Source: Thermoanaerobaculia bacterium
Lineage (GTDB): Bacteria; Acidobacteriota; Thermoanaerobaculia; Multivoradales; UBA5704
Assembly: GCA_044226625.1 (NCBI GenBank)
Contig: JBGAGQ010000010.1
Location: 1 to 64,000 of the forward strand
Reading direction: 5' to 3'
Length of the DNA: 64,000 nucleotides
Program-made: the position numbers and the translations under genes
Notes under the pieces: generated by a model
What the model saw: only the letters and a program-made list of their open reading frames with translations
Database searches by the model: none
What the model was told of the DNA's origin: nothing
Shown: positions 17,571 through 27,636 of the stretch, one piece after another
Position numbering within the stretch: the first letter of the stretch is position 1
Layout of the letters: every line of letters begins with the position of its first letter

Positions 17571-18635
17571 TCAGTCGTCCTCGATCATCTGCTCGAAGCG
17601 TTGTTTGTCCCCCGCCTTCATGTAAGCGTCGCGGGGGGTGATTCGCTTCTGCTGTACGAGCGCGGCCAGCGCATCGTCCATCCGCTGCATGCCTTGGGCG
17701 CGCCCGGCCTGGATGATCGTCGCGATCATCGGCGTGTTTCCCTCGCGGATGATGTTCGGCAGCCCGGGGGTCTTCAACAGGATCTCGTTCACGGCGACCC
17801 GGCCCTTGCCGTCGGCGGTCTTCAAGAGGAGCTGGGAAACGACGGCCGCGAGCGATTCGGAGAGCGTGGTCCGCACCTGCGCCTGCTCGTCGGCCGGAAA
17901 GGCGTCGATCAGCCGGTCGATCGTGTTGGCGGCGCCGTTGGTATGGAGCGTGCCGAAGACGAGCGAGCCCATCTCGGCCGCGGTGATCGCCAGAGCGATG
18001 GTCTCCAGGTCGCGCATCTCGCCCACCAGCACCACGTCGGCGTCCTGGCGAATCGCGGAGCGGAGCGCCGAGGCGAAGCTCTCGGTGTCGGTTCCCACCT
18101 CGCGCTGGGAGAAGAGGCAGCGGCGGTTCTTGTGCACGAACTCGATCGGGTCCTCGATCGTCACCACGTGCTTGGCGTAGGTCGAGTTGATCTTGTCGAT
18201 GATCGCGGCGAGAGTCGTCGACTTGCCCGATCCGGTCGGCCCGGTCACCAGGACGAGCCCTTGATGTAGGTGGGCGAGTCCCTCGATCGCCGGAGGCAGG
18301 TTGAGCTTCTCGAGCGAGACAATCTCCTCGGGGATGATGCGAAAGACCGCGGCCGCGCCGTTTTCCTGGGTGAGGAAGTTCGCGCGGAAACGGGCGATCC
18401 CTTCGAGGCCGTAGGCGAAATCGAGGTCGCCGGTCTCCTCGTAGGTCTGCCATTGCGGATCGGTCGCGATCTCGCGCAGCAGCGACAGGAGCGCCGCGTG
18501 ATCCAGAACCGGCCAATCCTCGACCGACTGGAGCGAGCCGTGAATTCGGAGGCGCGGCTCGAGCCCCGCCGCGAGATGGAGGTCGGAGCCGCCGCTGTCG
18601 CGCAGCCGATGGAAGAGCTGGTGAAGGCGCGCCAT
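17571..18635 (-). CDS. pilT: Type IV pilus retraction ATPase PilT (copy 2)
   Basis: SDLHL, GPTGSGKST, TIEDPIE, VGEMRDLET, GTLHT; start at 18635 in a TGATG overlap with the upstream pilT. Confidence 0.93.
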   Translation of the reverse strand: MARLHQLFHRLRDSGGSDLHLAAGLEPRLRIHGSLQSVEDWPVLDHAALLSLLREIATDPQWQTYEETGDLDFAYGLEGIARFRANFLTQENGAAAVFRIIPEEIVSLEKLNLPPAIEGLAHLHQGLVLVTGPTGSGKSTTLAAIIDKINSTYAKHVVTIEDPIEFVHKNRRCLFSQREVGTDTESFASALRSAIRQDADVVLVGEMRDLETIALAITAAEMGSLVFGTLHTNGAANTIDRLIDAFPADEQAQVRTTLSESLAAVVSQLLLKTADGKGRVAVNEILLKTPGLPNIIREGNTPMIATIIQAGRAQGMQRMDDALAALVQQKRITPRDAYMKAGDKQRFEQMIEDD

Positions 18636-20233
18636 CAGCGGGCTCCCTCGGGCATCGCGGGCGGCGGAGGCAGCATGAACTTCGTGGGCTCCTCGACGAA
18701 ACGAAGCGCCTCTTCCTTGGTCACCGTGCCCGACTTGACGAGCTCGGCGAGCGAGGCGTCGAGCAGGAACATGCCGTGGCTGCTGCCGGTCTGGAGCACC
18801 GATTTCAGCTGGAACGTCTTGTTCTCGCGAACCAGGTTGCCGACCGCTTTGGTCGCGATCAGCACCTCGAGCGCCGCGACCCGGCCGTTGCCGTCCGCGC
18901 GGGCGACCAGACGCTGCGAGATCACGGCCCGCAACGACTCCGAGAGCATGGTGCGGATCTGCTCCTGCTGGTTCGGCGGGAAGACGCCAAGAATTCGGTT
19001 GATCGTCCGGATCGCGCTCGACGTATGAAGGGTGGCGAGCACGAGATGGCCCGTCTCCGCGGCGGTGATCGCGAGCGAGATGGTCTCGAGGTCGCGCAGC
19101 TCGCCGATCGCGATCACATCCGGATCCTCGCGCAAGGCGGCGCGCAGGGCGCGCGAGAACGATTTCGTGTGGTCCCCCACCTGGCGCTGGTTCACTACGC
19201 AGGAGAGCGAGGGATGAAGGACCTCGATCGGGTCCTCGATCGTGATGATGTGGTCGCGCCGCGAGGCGTTGATCTGATGGACCAGGGCCGCGAGCGTCGC
19301 CGATTTGCCGCACCCCGCCGGGCCGGTGACCAACACCAGCCCCTGATGGTAATCGGCGAGCTTGCTGAGCGAGGCGGGCAGGCCGAGCGATTCGAGCGTC
19401 GGCGGCTCCGGGGAGATCGCCCGGAAGACGGCGTCGGTGCCGCGCGCCTGGCGATAGACGTTCGTGCGGAACCGGCCGAGCCCGGGGGCGTCGTACGCGA
19501 GATCGACCTGACCGGTCTGCTTCAACGTCTCGCGCTCTGCCGGAGAAAGGATCTCGTCGATCGCCGCGGCGGCGAGCGTGGGGTCGACCGGCTGCCCCTC
19601 GGTCTCGATCATCCGGCCGTGGCGGCGGTAGCGGATCGGCGCGGCGCTATGGAAATGAATGTCGCTCGCTCCGTGGTCGAGCGCGAACGCGAGGATGCGG
19701 TCGAGCCGGGCGGCGGCTCGCGGCTCGCGGGTGGCTGCAGCGCCCGGTTGAGCAGGAACGCGCGCGGCGGCAGGCGCCGGTTGGCTCTGCGCGAGGCTCG
19801 GTGGCGCAATCGAAAGAGCCGGGGCCGGCGGGGGAGCCGCTTGCGGGGGCCTCGCCGCCGGCTCGAGCGCTGGAAGCGGGGCCGGGGGGGACGCTGGGAT
19901 CGCGACCGGTCCGGAGACCGCGGGAACGGCGGCGGCATTTGCCGCCGACGTCGAAGCGGGCGGAGCCGAGGCCACCGGAGCGGCCGCAGGCGGGGCACCC
20001 GCTGGCGTGGAGTGCGACGGGGCGCTGGCCTGCCGCTTCTGCACCTCGGCACGAGCCACCTCGAGCTGGGCCAAACGCTGCGGAGTGAGCAGGCCCAGGG
20101 CGAGCAGGGCTCCGCCGAGGTCGCTGCCATGGGTTTCCTGGTGCCGACGGGCCGCCTGGATCTGCTCCTCGTTCGCGAGCTTGTAGTGGATCGCGAGGCG
20201 GCCGAGGAGTGCGTCGTTTGCGCTGGAGCTCAT
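18635..20233 (-). CDS. pilT: PilT-family ATPase with N-terminal MshEN-like domain and Pro/Ala linker
   Basis: SDIHF, GPAGCGKSAT, TIEDPIE, ALREDPDVIAIGELRD, ATLHT; N-terminal LLGRL.../DLGGALLALGLL repeats. Confidence 0.9.
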   Translation of the reverse strand: MSSSANDALLGRLAIHYKLANEEQIQAARRHQETHGSDLGGALLALGLLTPQRLAQLEVARAEVQKRQASAPSHSTPAGAPPAAAPVASAPPASTSAANAAAVPAVSGPVAIPASPPAPLPALEPAARPPQAAPPPAPALSIAPPSLAQSQPAPAAARVPAQPGAAATREPRAAARLDRILAFALDHGASDIHFHSAAPIRYRRHGRMIETEGQPVDPTLAAAAIDEILSPAERETLKQTGQVDLAYDAPGLGRFRTNVYRQARGTDAVFRAISPEPPTLESLGLPASLSKLADYHQGLVLVTGPAGCGKSATLAALVHQINASRRDHIITIEDPIEVLHPSLSCVVNQRQVGDHTKSFSRALRAALREDPDVIAIGELRDLETISLAITAAETGHLVLATLHTSSAIRTINRILGVFPPNQQEQIRTMLSESLRAVISQRLVARADGNGRVAALEVLIATKAVGNLVRENKTFQLKSVLQTGSSHGMFLLDASLAELVKSGTVTKEEALRFVEEPTKFMLPPPPAMPEGAR

Positions 20234-20298
20234 CCCAAGGCCAAGGCTAACAGACTCCGATCGATGGTAGGATTCGTAAAGCGTTTGGAGGCCTCGCC

Positions 20299-21150
20299 AT
20301 GCGACGCACGCTTCTCTTTTTCGGCCTTCCCCTCCTCCTTCTCGGCCTGGCGTCCCGGGCCGCCCACGCGGACGACGTCTACCTCAAGAACGGCAAATCG
20401 TTTCGCGACGTCATCGCGACCGAAGACGGCGATCAGGTTCGGGTCAAGATGCCCGGCGGCGAGTTGGCTCTCGCGCGTTCGCAGGTCCTGCGGATCGACC
20501 GGGAGACGTCCGTTTTCGGCGAGTACGTCGAGCGTAAGGCCGCCCTCGGCAAGGCGCCGAGCGCCTCGGCTTGGTTGGGCCTCGCGCTCTGGGCGGAGGG
20601 TCAAGGACTGACGTCGGGGATGAGGGAGGCGACCCTCCAGGCCGCTCGGCTCGATCCGAAGCTCGCCGGCCTGACCCCGCTGATGCGCCGACTCGATTAC
20701 GTGCTCGACGCCGACCTCGGCCGGTGGATCCCGTACGAGGAGTCGATGCATCGGAAGGGGTTCGTCCACGACGGCGCGCGCTGGGTCTCGGCCCAGGAGT
20801 ATCAGGAGCGCATCCGGGTGGCGAACGAAGCGCGAATCCGCAGGGATGCCGCCCGTGAGACCGAAGCGCGCGACCGCCTCACCCGCCAGCTGGAGCTGTC
20901 ACTGCTGAACGCGACCCTCGAGAAGCAGAGGGCGGAGCGCGAAACCGTCGCGGCGCCTGTGTACGTCACCTACGGCTGGCCGGTGGTCTACGTGCCGGCG
21001 CCGATCGTTCAGATCCCGCGCGCTCCGCGCCAGGTCGATCCCGGGCCGATCGCTCCAGGCCCGACGCCCGTTCCGGGCTCGCTCTCCCCTCCGCGCTCCA
21101 CCAACAGCTTCACACGTATCCCGGGAAGCCTGCTGCCGGACGACGATTGA
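20299..21150 (+). CDS. Secreted hypothetical protein
   Basis: Signal peptide (AHA-DD), DVYLKNGK beta-domain, helical middle, Pro-rich tail; GGAGG RBS. Confidence 0.8.
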   Translation: MRRTLLFFGLPLLLLGLASRAAHADDVYLKNGKSFRDVIATEDGDQVRVKMPGGELALARSQVLRIDRETSVFGEYVERKAALGKAPSASAWLGLALWAEGQGLTSGMREATLQAARLDPKLAGLTPLMRRLDYVLDADLGRWIPYEESMHRKGFVHDGARWVSAQEYQERIRVANEARIRRDAARETEARDRLTRQLELSLLNATLEKQRAERETVAAPVYVTYGWPVVYVPAPIVQIPRAPRQVDPGPIAPGPTPVPGSLSPPRSTNSFTRIPGSLLPDDD

Positions 21151-21179
21151 ATCGGCGGCAGCCTTGGGCTGCCCGGTGC

Positions 21180-22085
21180 TCAGGGCGCGCTTCCGCAGAC
21201 TTCTCGGACGCGATCGCGAAGCCAGCGGTGGGCGGGGTCGGCGTCGAGCCTCGGGTGCCAGAACAGCGAAAGGGTGATCTCGGGCACCGGGAACGGAAGG
21301 GGAAAGGTGTGCATCCCCTCCCGCTGCGTCCCTGTGTGGCGTTCGGGTACGGTCGCGATGAGGTCCGTCCCGCGCGCAAGTGCCACGGCGGTCGAATTGC
21401 TGGCCACGATCGTCGCGATCTTCCGTTCGGCTCCCGCGGCTTCGAGCGCGACGTCGATCGGTCCGCGCTCGTTATCGCGCCGTGAGGCGGCGACGTGGCG
21501 GCCGGCGGCGTACCGCTCCACGGTGATCTCGGCCCCTCCGTCGGATACCAGCGGGTGGCCGGTGCGGACGACGCCGACGAACCGATCGCGAAAGAGGAAT
21601 CCGACGCGAAGCTCGGGCGCCGCCGACGGTCCGAGGACGCCCGTCTCGAGGTCGACCGAGCCTTCCCGCAATAGGGCGCTCTCCTTGTCCGGTTTCGGCG
21701 CGAAGCGCAGGCGCACCCCCGGGGCCTCCGCCTCGAGGCGAGCGAGGAGCGCCGGCCCGAAGTTCTCGACGAAGCCTTCTTGAGCCCGCAGCGTGAAGGT
21801 GCGCTCCAGCTCCCGAGGATTCATCAGTGTTTCGGGCCGGAGGACCGCGGCTCCTTCGTCGACGAGCGCGCGGACACGCTCGCGGAGCTCGTCGGCGCGC
21901 GGGGTGGGGACGAGGCCCCGCCCGGCTCGAACCAGCAGCGGATCGCCCGTCGCCTTGCGCAGGCGTGCCAGGGCCCTGCTCATCGCCGACGGGCTCAAGT
22001 GCAAGCGGCGCGCGGCGCGGGCGACGTTTCCTTCGGCGAGCAGGACGTCGAGAGTGACCAGAAGGTTGAGATCGGGCATCGCCAT
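21180..22085 (-). CDS. LysR-family transcriptional regulator
   Basis: DLNLLVTLDVLLAEGNVARAARRLHLSPSAMSRALARLR; WHPRLDADPAHRWLR. Confidence 0.95.
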   Translation of the reverse strand: MAMPDLNLLVTLDVLLAEGNVARAARRLHLSPSAMSRALARLRKATGDPLLVRAGRGLVPTPRADELRERVRALVDEGAAVLRPETLMNPRELERTFTLRAQEGFVENFGPALLARLEAEAPGVRLRFAPKPDKESALLREGSVDLETGVLGPSAAPELRVGFLFRDRFVGVVRTGHPLVSDGGAEITVERYAAGRHVAASRRDNERGPIDVALEAAGAERKIATIVASNSTAVALARGTDLIATVPERHTGTQREGMHTFPLPFPVPEITLSLFWHPRLDADPAHRWLRDRVREVCGSAP

Positions 22086-22398
22086 GAAGCGACGCTATCG
22101 CCGAACGCGACCCAGACCTAGCCCGAATTTCTCACCGGGTTTCGTTGCGAGGCGGAAGAGATGCCGGTGAATGCAAGGCGCGCGAAGGGAGGACGACGAA
22201 GGCGTAGTTGCCCCTCCGTCGAGGAGTCCGAACGAGCGCAACGCAGCAGGCGCCGGCAGATTTTCCGCCGCAGCAGAAAACCGGTGTGAAGTTCGGGCTA
22301 GCGCGCCGTGCACGGTTGGAGTGCGGACGACGCGCCTTCCGCCGCTCGGGAACCGGCCCTACCCTCTGTCTCGTGAGACTTGGAACGGAGGAGTCGAA

Positions 22399-23928
22399 AT
22401 GATCGGAGCCGAAATCGAACCGGGTCGCGGGGCCGCCCCCGCGAGGACCTCCCCTCGGTGGCCGGGCGGCGCGGTGCCCGCCCTTGCGAAGCGGGGAGCG
22501 CTTGAGCCTTCCACGGCGCGCTTCGCGCTGGGTGCCCTTTCTCTCTCCACGCTTCTCTCTTCCCTCGGCAGCAGCATCGCCAATGTGGGTCTGCCGGCGC
22601 TCGCCCGGGCGTTCGGCGCCCCTTTCGGGCACGTGCAATGGATCGTCGTCTCATACCTTCTCGCGATCACCAGCCTGATCGTCGTCGCCGGACGGCTCGG
22701 CGACCTCTGGGGGCGAAGGCGGATGCTCCTCGTCGGCATCGCGCTTTTCACAGTTGCCTCGGCTTTGTGCGGCGCGGCCACCTCGCTGGGACTGCTGATC
22801 GCCGCCCGCGCGGCCCAGGGGCTTGGAGCGGCGCTCATGATGGCGCTCACCCTCGCATTGGCCGGCGGTACGGTCTCCGCGGAGCGGACTGGTGCGGCGC
22901 TCGGCTTACTCGGCACGACGTCGGCGATCGGCACCGCCCTCGGCCCTTCGCTCGGCGGGGCACTGATCGCCTGGCTCGGTTGGCGGGCGCCGTTCCTCGT
23001 CCAGGTGCCGCTCGGCCTCGTCGCCCTGTGGTTGACCGCGCGCCATCTCCACGCAGACTCCGCCGAGCCGGAGCCTGTCCAAAGCGCTCGCGGCGACCGA
23101 GGTAGCTTCGACGTTCTGGGAACGATTCTCCTCGCCGCGGCGTTGTCGGCCTACTCGCTGGCGATGACCCTCGGTCGGGGGCACTGGGGCCCGGCGAACG
23201 TCGCGCTGCTCGTGGGCGCCGCGGGGCTTGTCGGTCTCTTCGTCGCCACGGAGGCGCGGGTGAGGACGCCGTTGATCCGCAAGGAGGTGATCCGCGAGCC
23301 CGGCTTGCTCGGGAATCTCGCGATGAGCGCCCTCGTCTCGACGGTGATCATGGCGACGCTGGTCGTCGGACCGTTCTACCTTACTCGGGCGCTCGGCCTC
23401 GATCCGGCTTGGACCGGCCTGATCCTCTCGGTCGGCCCGGCGGTCGCGGCGCTCGTGGGGCTCCCCGCCGGCCGCCTCGTCGACCGCTCGGGCGCTCCTC
23501 CTTGGATCCTCGCGGGGCTCCTCGGGGTGACCGCCGGCGCCCTGCTGCTTGCGGTGCTGCCCACGGCCGCGGGAGTTGCCGGCTACGTCGTTTCGATCGC
23601 TCTGCTCACCGCCGGGTACGCGCTGTTCCAGACCGCTAATAACACGGCGGTGATGTCGACGATCGGTGCGGGACGGAAAGGGGTGGTCTCCGGTCTGCTC
23701 AATCTTTCGCGCCATCTCGGGCTGGTGACCGGCGCTTCCCTGCTCGGTGCGGTTTTCGCCGCCGGCTCCGGTGCGCCCGACGTCGCGAACGCGGCGCCCG
23801 AGGCGGTGGCGGTGGGGATGCGGATCACCTTCGCCGTGGGCGCCGGGATGGCGGCGCTTCCCGCCTTCGCCCTCATTTTCCATCGCCTGGCGCGCCGCAG
23901 TTCGAGCCCCGCCCTCGACCGGGTCTGA
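22399..23928 (+). CDS. MFS drug efflux transporter (DHA2, 14-TM type)
   Basis: IANVGLPAL, GRLGDLWGRRR motif A, RAAQGLGA; ATG 22399 with GGAGG RBS; divergent from LysR. Confidence 0.92.
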   Translation: MIGAEIEPGRGAAPARTSPRWPGGAVPALAKRGALEPSTARFALGALSLSTLLSSLGSSIANVGLPALARAFGAPFGHVQWIVVSYLLAITSLIVVAGRLGDLWGRRRMLLVGIALFTVASALCGAATSLGLLIAARAAQGLGAALMMALTLALAGGTVSAERTGAALGLLGTTSAIGTALGPSLGGALIAWLGWRAPFLVQVPLGLVALWLTARHLHADSAEPEPVQSARGDRGSFDVLGTILLAAALSAYSLAMTLGRGHWGPANVALLVGAAGLVGLFVATEARVRTPLIRKEVIREPGLLGNLAMSALVSTVIMATLVVGPFYLTRALGLDPAWTGLILSVGPAVAALVGLPAGRLVDRSGAPPWILAGLLGVTAGALLLAVLPTAAGVAGYVVSIALLTAGYALFQTANNTAVMSTIGAGRKGVVSGLLNLSRHLGLVTGASLLGAVFAAGSGAPDVANAAPEAVAVGMRITFAVGAGMAALPAFALIFHRLARRSSSPALDRV

Positions 23929-24024
23929 AGCGATCTTCGCGCGCGCGCCGCACGTTTTCCCGTAGACTTCCCCTTCGGACTTCTCCCTCGGATCGAGGGT
24001 GAGCCCCGTTTCCGAGGGAACTCC

Positions 24025-25035
24025 ATGACATCCGTCGAAACCGCCGCGCCGAGCGCGAACGAGGTTCCTCGCGCTACCGCCGTGGCCGCGATCGAGGCCC
24101 GCGATCTGAAGAAGACCTACCGGGGTGGCGTCGAAGCCCTCCGCGGTCTCTCATTCTCCGTGCGCGAGGGCGAGGTGTTCGGCCTGCTCGGCCCGAACGG
24201 CGCCGGCAAGTCGACCGCGGTGAAGATCCTCACCACGCTTTCCGAGCCGACCGGCGGCACCGGTTCCGTGTTCGGCTTCGACGTGGTCCGAGACGCGCGC
24301 GAGGTGCGCCGCCGGATCGGTTGCGTTGCCCAGGCGTCGGGAGTCGATTTCGCGGCCACCGGCCGGGAGAACCTGGAGCTCCAGGGAAAGCTGTTTCGCA
24401 TCCCAGCGCCCGAGCTCCGGCGCCGCGTCGACGAGCTGCTCGAGCTGTTCGCCTTGACGGAGGCGGCGCATCGCGCGACCCGCACCTATTCGGGCGGCAT
24501 GAAGCGCCGACTCGACGTGGCGATGGGGCTGATCCACCGGCCGAAGGTGCTCTTCCTCGACGAGCCGACCACCGGCCTCGATCCGGAAAGCCGCTCGGTC
24601 CTCTGGCGCGAGGTCCGCCGTCTCGCCACCGGAGGCCTCACCCTCCTCCTCACCACCCACTACCTCGAAGAGGCGGATCAGCTCGCCGACCGGCTGGCGA
24701 TCGTGGACCGAGGGCGGGTCGTGGCCGAAGGGACGCCCGACGGCCTGAAGTCGCAACTCGCCGGGGACCGAATTTCGCTCCAGCTCGTCGAGCCGGGAAA
24801 GAGCGCGGAAGCGCGCGATCTCGTCGCGACCCTTCCGGGAGTCACCGGCGCATTGGCCGACGCCGAGCGCGCGGGGCGCGTCTACGCCCACGTGCGGGAC
24901 GGCGCGCACGACCTGCCCGTCCTGCTGGCCGCGCTGGAGCGCGGCGGGATCGTCGTCTCGGGCGCCTCGCTCACCCGCCCGTCGCTCGACGACGTCTACC
25001 TGAACGCCACCGGCCACGCCTACCAGGAGAGCTGA
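24025..25035 (+). CDS. ABC exporter ATP-binding protein (DrrA-like)
   Basis: GPNGAGKST, YSGGMKRRLD, LFLDEPTTGLD, TTHYLEEA, PSLDDVYL. Confidence 0.95.
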   Translation: MTSVETAAPSANEVPRATAVAAIEARDLKKTYRGGVEALRGLSFSVREGEVFGLLGPNGAGKSTAVKILTTLSEPTGGTGSVFGFDVVRDAREVRRRIGCVAQASGVDFAATGRENLELQGKLFRIPAPELRRRVDELLELFALTEAAHRATRTYSGGMKRRLDVAMGLIHRPKVLFLDEPTTGLDPESRSVLWREVRRLATGGLTLLLTTHYLEEADQLADRLAIVDRGRVVAEGTPDGLKSQLAGDRISLQLVEPGKSAEARDLVATLPGVTGALADAERAGRVYAHVRDGAHDLPVLLAALERGGIVVSGASLTRPSLDDVYLNATGHAYQES

Positions 25036-25038
25036 CGC

Positions 25039-25809
25039 ATGGACTTCCTCCGCGACACCGTCATCCTCTTCCTGCGACTGGTTCGCGCGACCGCGCGCAT
25101 GCCCGTGTTCGTCATCCTTTCGGTCGCCCAGCCGATCCTCTGGGTTGCGATGTTCGGTGCCTTGTTCCGCTCGGTGGTGGAGATCCCCGGCTTCGGCGCC
25201 ACGTCCTACGTTCAGTTCCTGGCGCCGGGTGTCGCGATCATGACCGCGCTGTTCGGCGCCGCCCACTCCGGCCTCGGCATGCTCGCCGACATCGAGCGCG
25301 GCGTGCTCGACCGGCTGCTCGCGACCCCGGCCGCCCGCGGTTCGATCATCGCCGCCCGGCTGCTCAACTCCGGCGTGCAGGTCTTCCTGCAAGCCGGACT
25401 CATCGTCGGCGTCTCGATGCTCCTCGGTGCCAAGGCGAAAGGCGGGGCGGTCGGCATCCTCCTGGTCATGCTGTCCGCGGCGCTCCTCGGCGCCGCCGTC
25501 GCGGCTTTCTCGAACGCGATGGCGCTCCTCGCGCGGCGTCAGGAGACGGTGATCGCGATCATGAATTTCGTCATCCTGCCCGCCACGTTCACCTCTTCGA
25601 TGCTCATGTCCGCGAACCTGATGCCCGGTTGGGTGCAGCAGGCGGCGAACGTGAACCCGGTCAACTGGGCGATCGTCGCCGCGCGCGACGGATTCGAAGG
25701 GGCCGCGCCGCACGAGCTCGCGACGCGCCTCGCGCTGCTCCTCGCGTTCGCGGTGGTCTGCGGCCTTCTCGCCACCGGATCGTTCGGCCGCTACCGGCGC
25801 GCGATGTAG
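25039..25809 (+). CDS. ABC-2 permease (DrrB-like)
   Basis: QPILW, SYVQFLAPG, DIERGVLDRLLATP, NPVNW. Confidence 0.93.
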   Translation: MDFLRDTVILFLRLVRATARMPVFVILSVAQPILWVAMFGALFRSVVEIPGFGATSYVQFLAPGVAIMTALFGAAHSGLGMLADIERGVLDRLLATPAARGSIIAARLLNSGVQVFLQAGLIVGVSMLLGAKAKGGAVGILLVMLSAALLGAAVAAFSNAMALLARRQETVIAIMNFVILPATFTSSMLMSANLMPGWVQQAANVNPVNWAIVAARDGFEGAAPHELATRLALLLAFAVVCGLLATGSFGRYRRAM

Positions 25810-25821
25810 GCTCTCGGGCGG

Positions 25822-26685
25822 ATGAACGGACGCCCTCGCCGTAACGGTCGGATCTCGGCGCGCAGCTCGCGGCCGGGGATCTTCTCGCTCGCGATCCTCG
25901 CGATCTGCCTCCTTGCGGCGCTCGGGATCGGGGTTTCGGCGGTCGCCACGCGCCCTGCCTTCGCGGCCGAGGTTCCGACCCCTCCCGCCCCGAGCCGTTG
26001 GGTCACCGACGGGGTCGGCTTCCTCTCTCCAGATACCCGCGGCCGGATCGACGCCCAGCTCGAAAGCTACGAGCGGAGCACCGGCCATCAGGTGCTGGTT
26101 TGGATCGGCTCGACGGTCGGCGACGACGCGGTCGAGGATTGGACGATCCGCACCTTCACCGCCTGGAAGGTGGGGCGAAAAGGGATCGACGACGGCCTCG
26201 TCCTGTTCGTCTTTTCCGACGATCGCAAGGTGCGCGTCGAGGTCGGCTACGGTCTCGAAGAGCGGGTCCCCGACATCGTCGCCAACCGGATCATCCAGGA
26301 CCGGATCCTCCCCAAGATCCGCGCGGGCGACCGGGACGGCGCGATCGCCGAAGGCGTCGCGGGCCTGATCGCGGCGATCGAAGGGGGAGCGGGAGCCGCG
26401 GGAGGGCTCGCCTCCGGGGCGGACGACGGCTCCGCCACACCCGAGCGCCCGGCGGTCCAGCGGGAGAGCGAGCCGCTCTCGCTCGGCCAGAAGATCCTTT
26501 ACACGCTGATCGCGATCGGCATCCTGATCTTCGTCATCACCCACCCGCAACTCGCGTTCTGGCTCCTGCTCCAGATCCTCTCCGGATCGTCGGGAGGTGG
26601 GGGTGGGGGGCGCGGAGGCGGAGGAGGCGGCTGGAGCGGTGGCGGAGGGCGCGGCGGTGGCGGCGGCGCCACGGGATCGTGGTGA
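25822..26685 (+). CDS. TPM domain protein with Gly-rich C-terminal tail (YgcG-like)
   Basis: WVTDGVGFLS, WKVGRKGIDDG, RVEVGYGLE, GGGGATGSW. Confidence 0.92.
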   Translation: MNGRPRRNGRISARSSRPGIFSLAILAICLLAALGIGVSAVATRPAFAAEVPTPPAPSRWVTDGVGFLSPDTRGRIDAQLESYERSTGHQVLVWIGSTVGDDAVEDWTIRTFTAWKVGRKGIDDGLVLFVFSDDRKVRVEVGYGLEERVPDIVANRIIQDRILPKIRAGDRDGAIAEGVAGLIAAIEGGAGAAGGLASGADDGSATPERPAVQRESEPLSLGQKILYTLIAIGILIFVITHPQLAFWLLLQILSGSSGGGGGGRGGGGGGWSGGGGRGGGGGATGSW

Positions 26686-26698
26686 TGGAGGTGATCCG

Positions 26699-27142
26699 AT
26701 GATCCTCACCCGGCGAGCGCTGTACCGAGCGATCGACAGACACCGCGTCGAGCAGGCGATCGAGACAGCCGAGTCGATCACCTCCGGGGAGGTCCGCGTC
26801 GCCGTCTCGCCCCTCTTCTGGGGCGACGTCCGAGCCGTTGCCGAGGCCACGTTCGACAAGCTCGGCATGCGGGCGACGGCGGAGCGCAACGGCGTCCTGC
26901 TGTTCGTCGTTCCCTCGCGTCGCCGCTTCGCGGTGATCGGCGATGCCGGGATCCACGAAAAGGTCCACCCGGGCTTCTGGGACGAGGTCGCCGCGGAGAT
27001 CTCCGGCCGCTTCCGGTCGGGAGACTTCACCGGGGGGATCGTCGGCGCGCTCGAACGTCTCTCTGCCGAGCTCGCGACCCACTTCCCGCGCCGAGACGAC
27101 GACGTGGACGAGCTGCCGAACGCGGTGGAGTTCCTCGACTAG
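26699..27142 (+). CDS. TPM domain protein
   Basis: AIETAESITSGEVRV, TAERNGVLL, IGDAGIH, DELPN; GGAGG RBS before ATG 26699. Confidence 0.9.
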   Translation: MILTRRALYRAIDRHRVEQAIETAESITSGEVRVAVSPLFWGDVRAVAEATFDKLGMRATAERNGVLLFVVPSRRRFAVIGDAGIHEKVHPGFWDEVAAEISGRFRSGDFTGGIVGALERLSAELATHFPRRDDDVDELPNAVEFLD

Positions 27143-27149
27143 CCGGGCG

Positions 27150-27566
27150 ATGTCTCTCCGACTCGCCCCCGGCCTCGCCGTCCTCCCTTCGCCGATCGAC
27201 GGCCTAGGCTGCTTTGCGACTCAGTTCTTCCCTCACCGAAAGAAGATCGCCGAGTACACCGGCGAGCGGATTTCGCGGGCCGAGATCGCCCGGCGGGTCA
27301 AAAAGCGCAGGAAACATCGGATCTGCGCGATCGATGCCTACTGGGCACTCGACGGCAGCCGTGGCGGCAACGGCACCCACTACATGAACCACTCCTGCGT
27401 GCCGAACTGCTACCTGAAGATCGTCGCCGGCCACATCCTGTTCTTCGCGCTGCGCGACATCGAAACAGGCGAGGAGATCCTTCTCGACTATCAGGCGACC
27501 TGGCATCCCGACACCAAGCGCTGCACCTGCGGCGCGCCGGGGTGCCGGGGGCGGATCAACAAGTAG
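27150..27566 (+). CDS. SET domain protein-lysine methyltransferase with post-SET Cys cluster
   Basis: SPIDGLGCFA, YMNHSCVPN, RDIETGEEILLDY, CTCGAPGCRG. Confidence 0.93.
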   Translation: MSLRLAPGLAVLPSPIDGLGCFATQFFPHRKKIAEYTGERISRAEIARRVKKRRKHRICAIDAYWALDGSRGGNGTHYMNHSCVPNCYLKIVAGHILFFALRDIETGEEILLDYQATWHPDTKRCTCGAPGCRGRINK

Positions 27567-27636
27567 GCGATCCCGCCGGGATGGTGCGACAATCCTTTCG
27601 AACCTGAAGTCAGGCGAGGAGAATCGCGGCGGGCTC

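Noticed and set aside
26590-26685. G-rich run as a G-quadruplex or repeat element
   Set aside because: Explained by the Gly-rich tail normal for TPM/YgcG proteins
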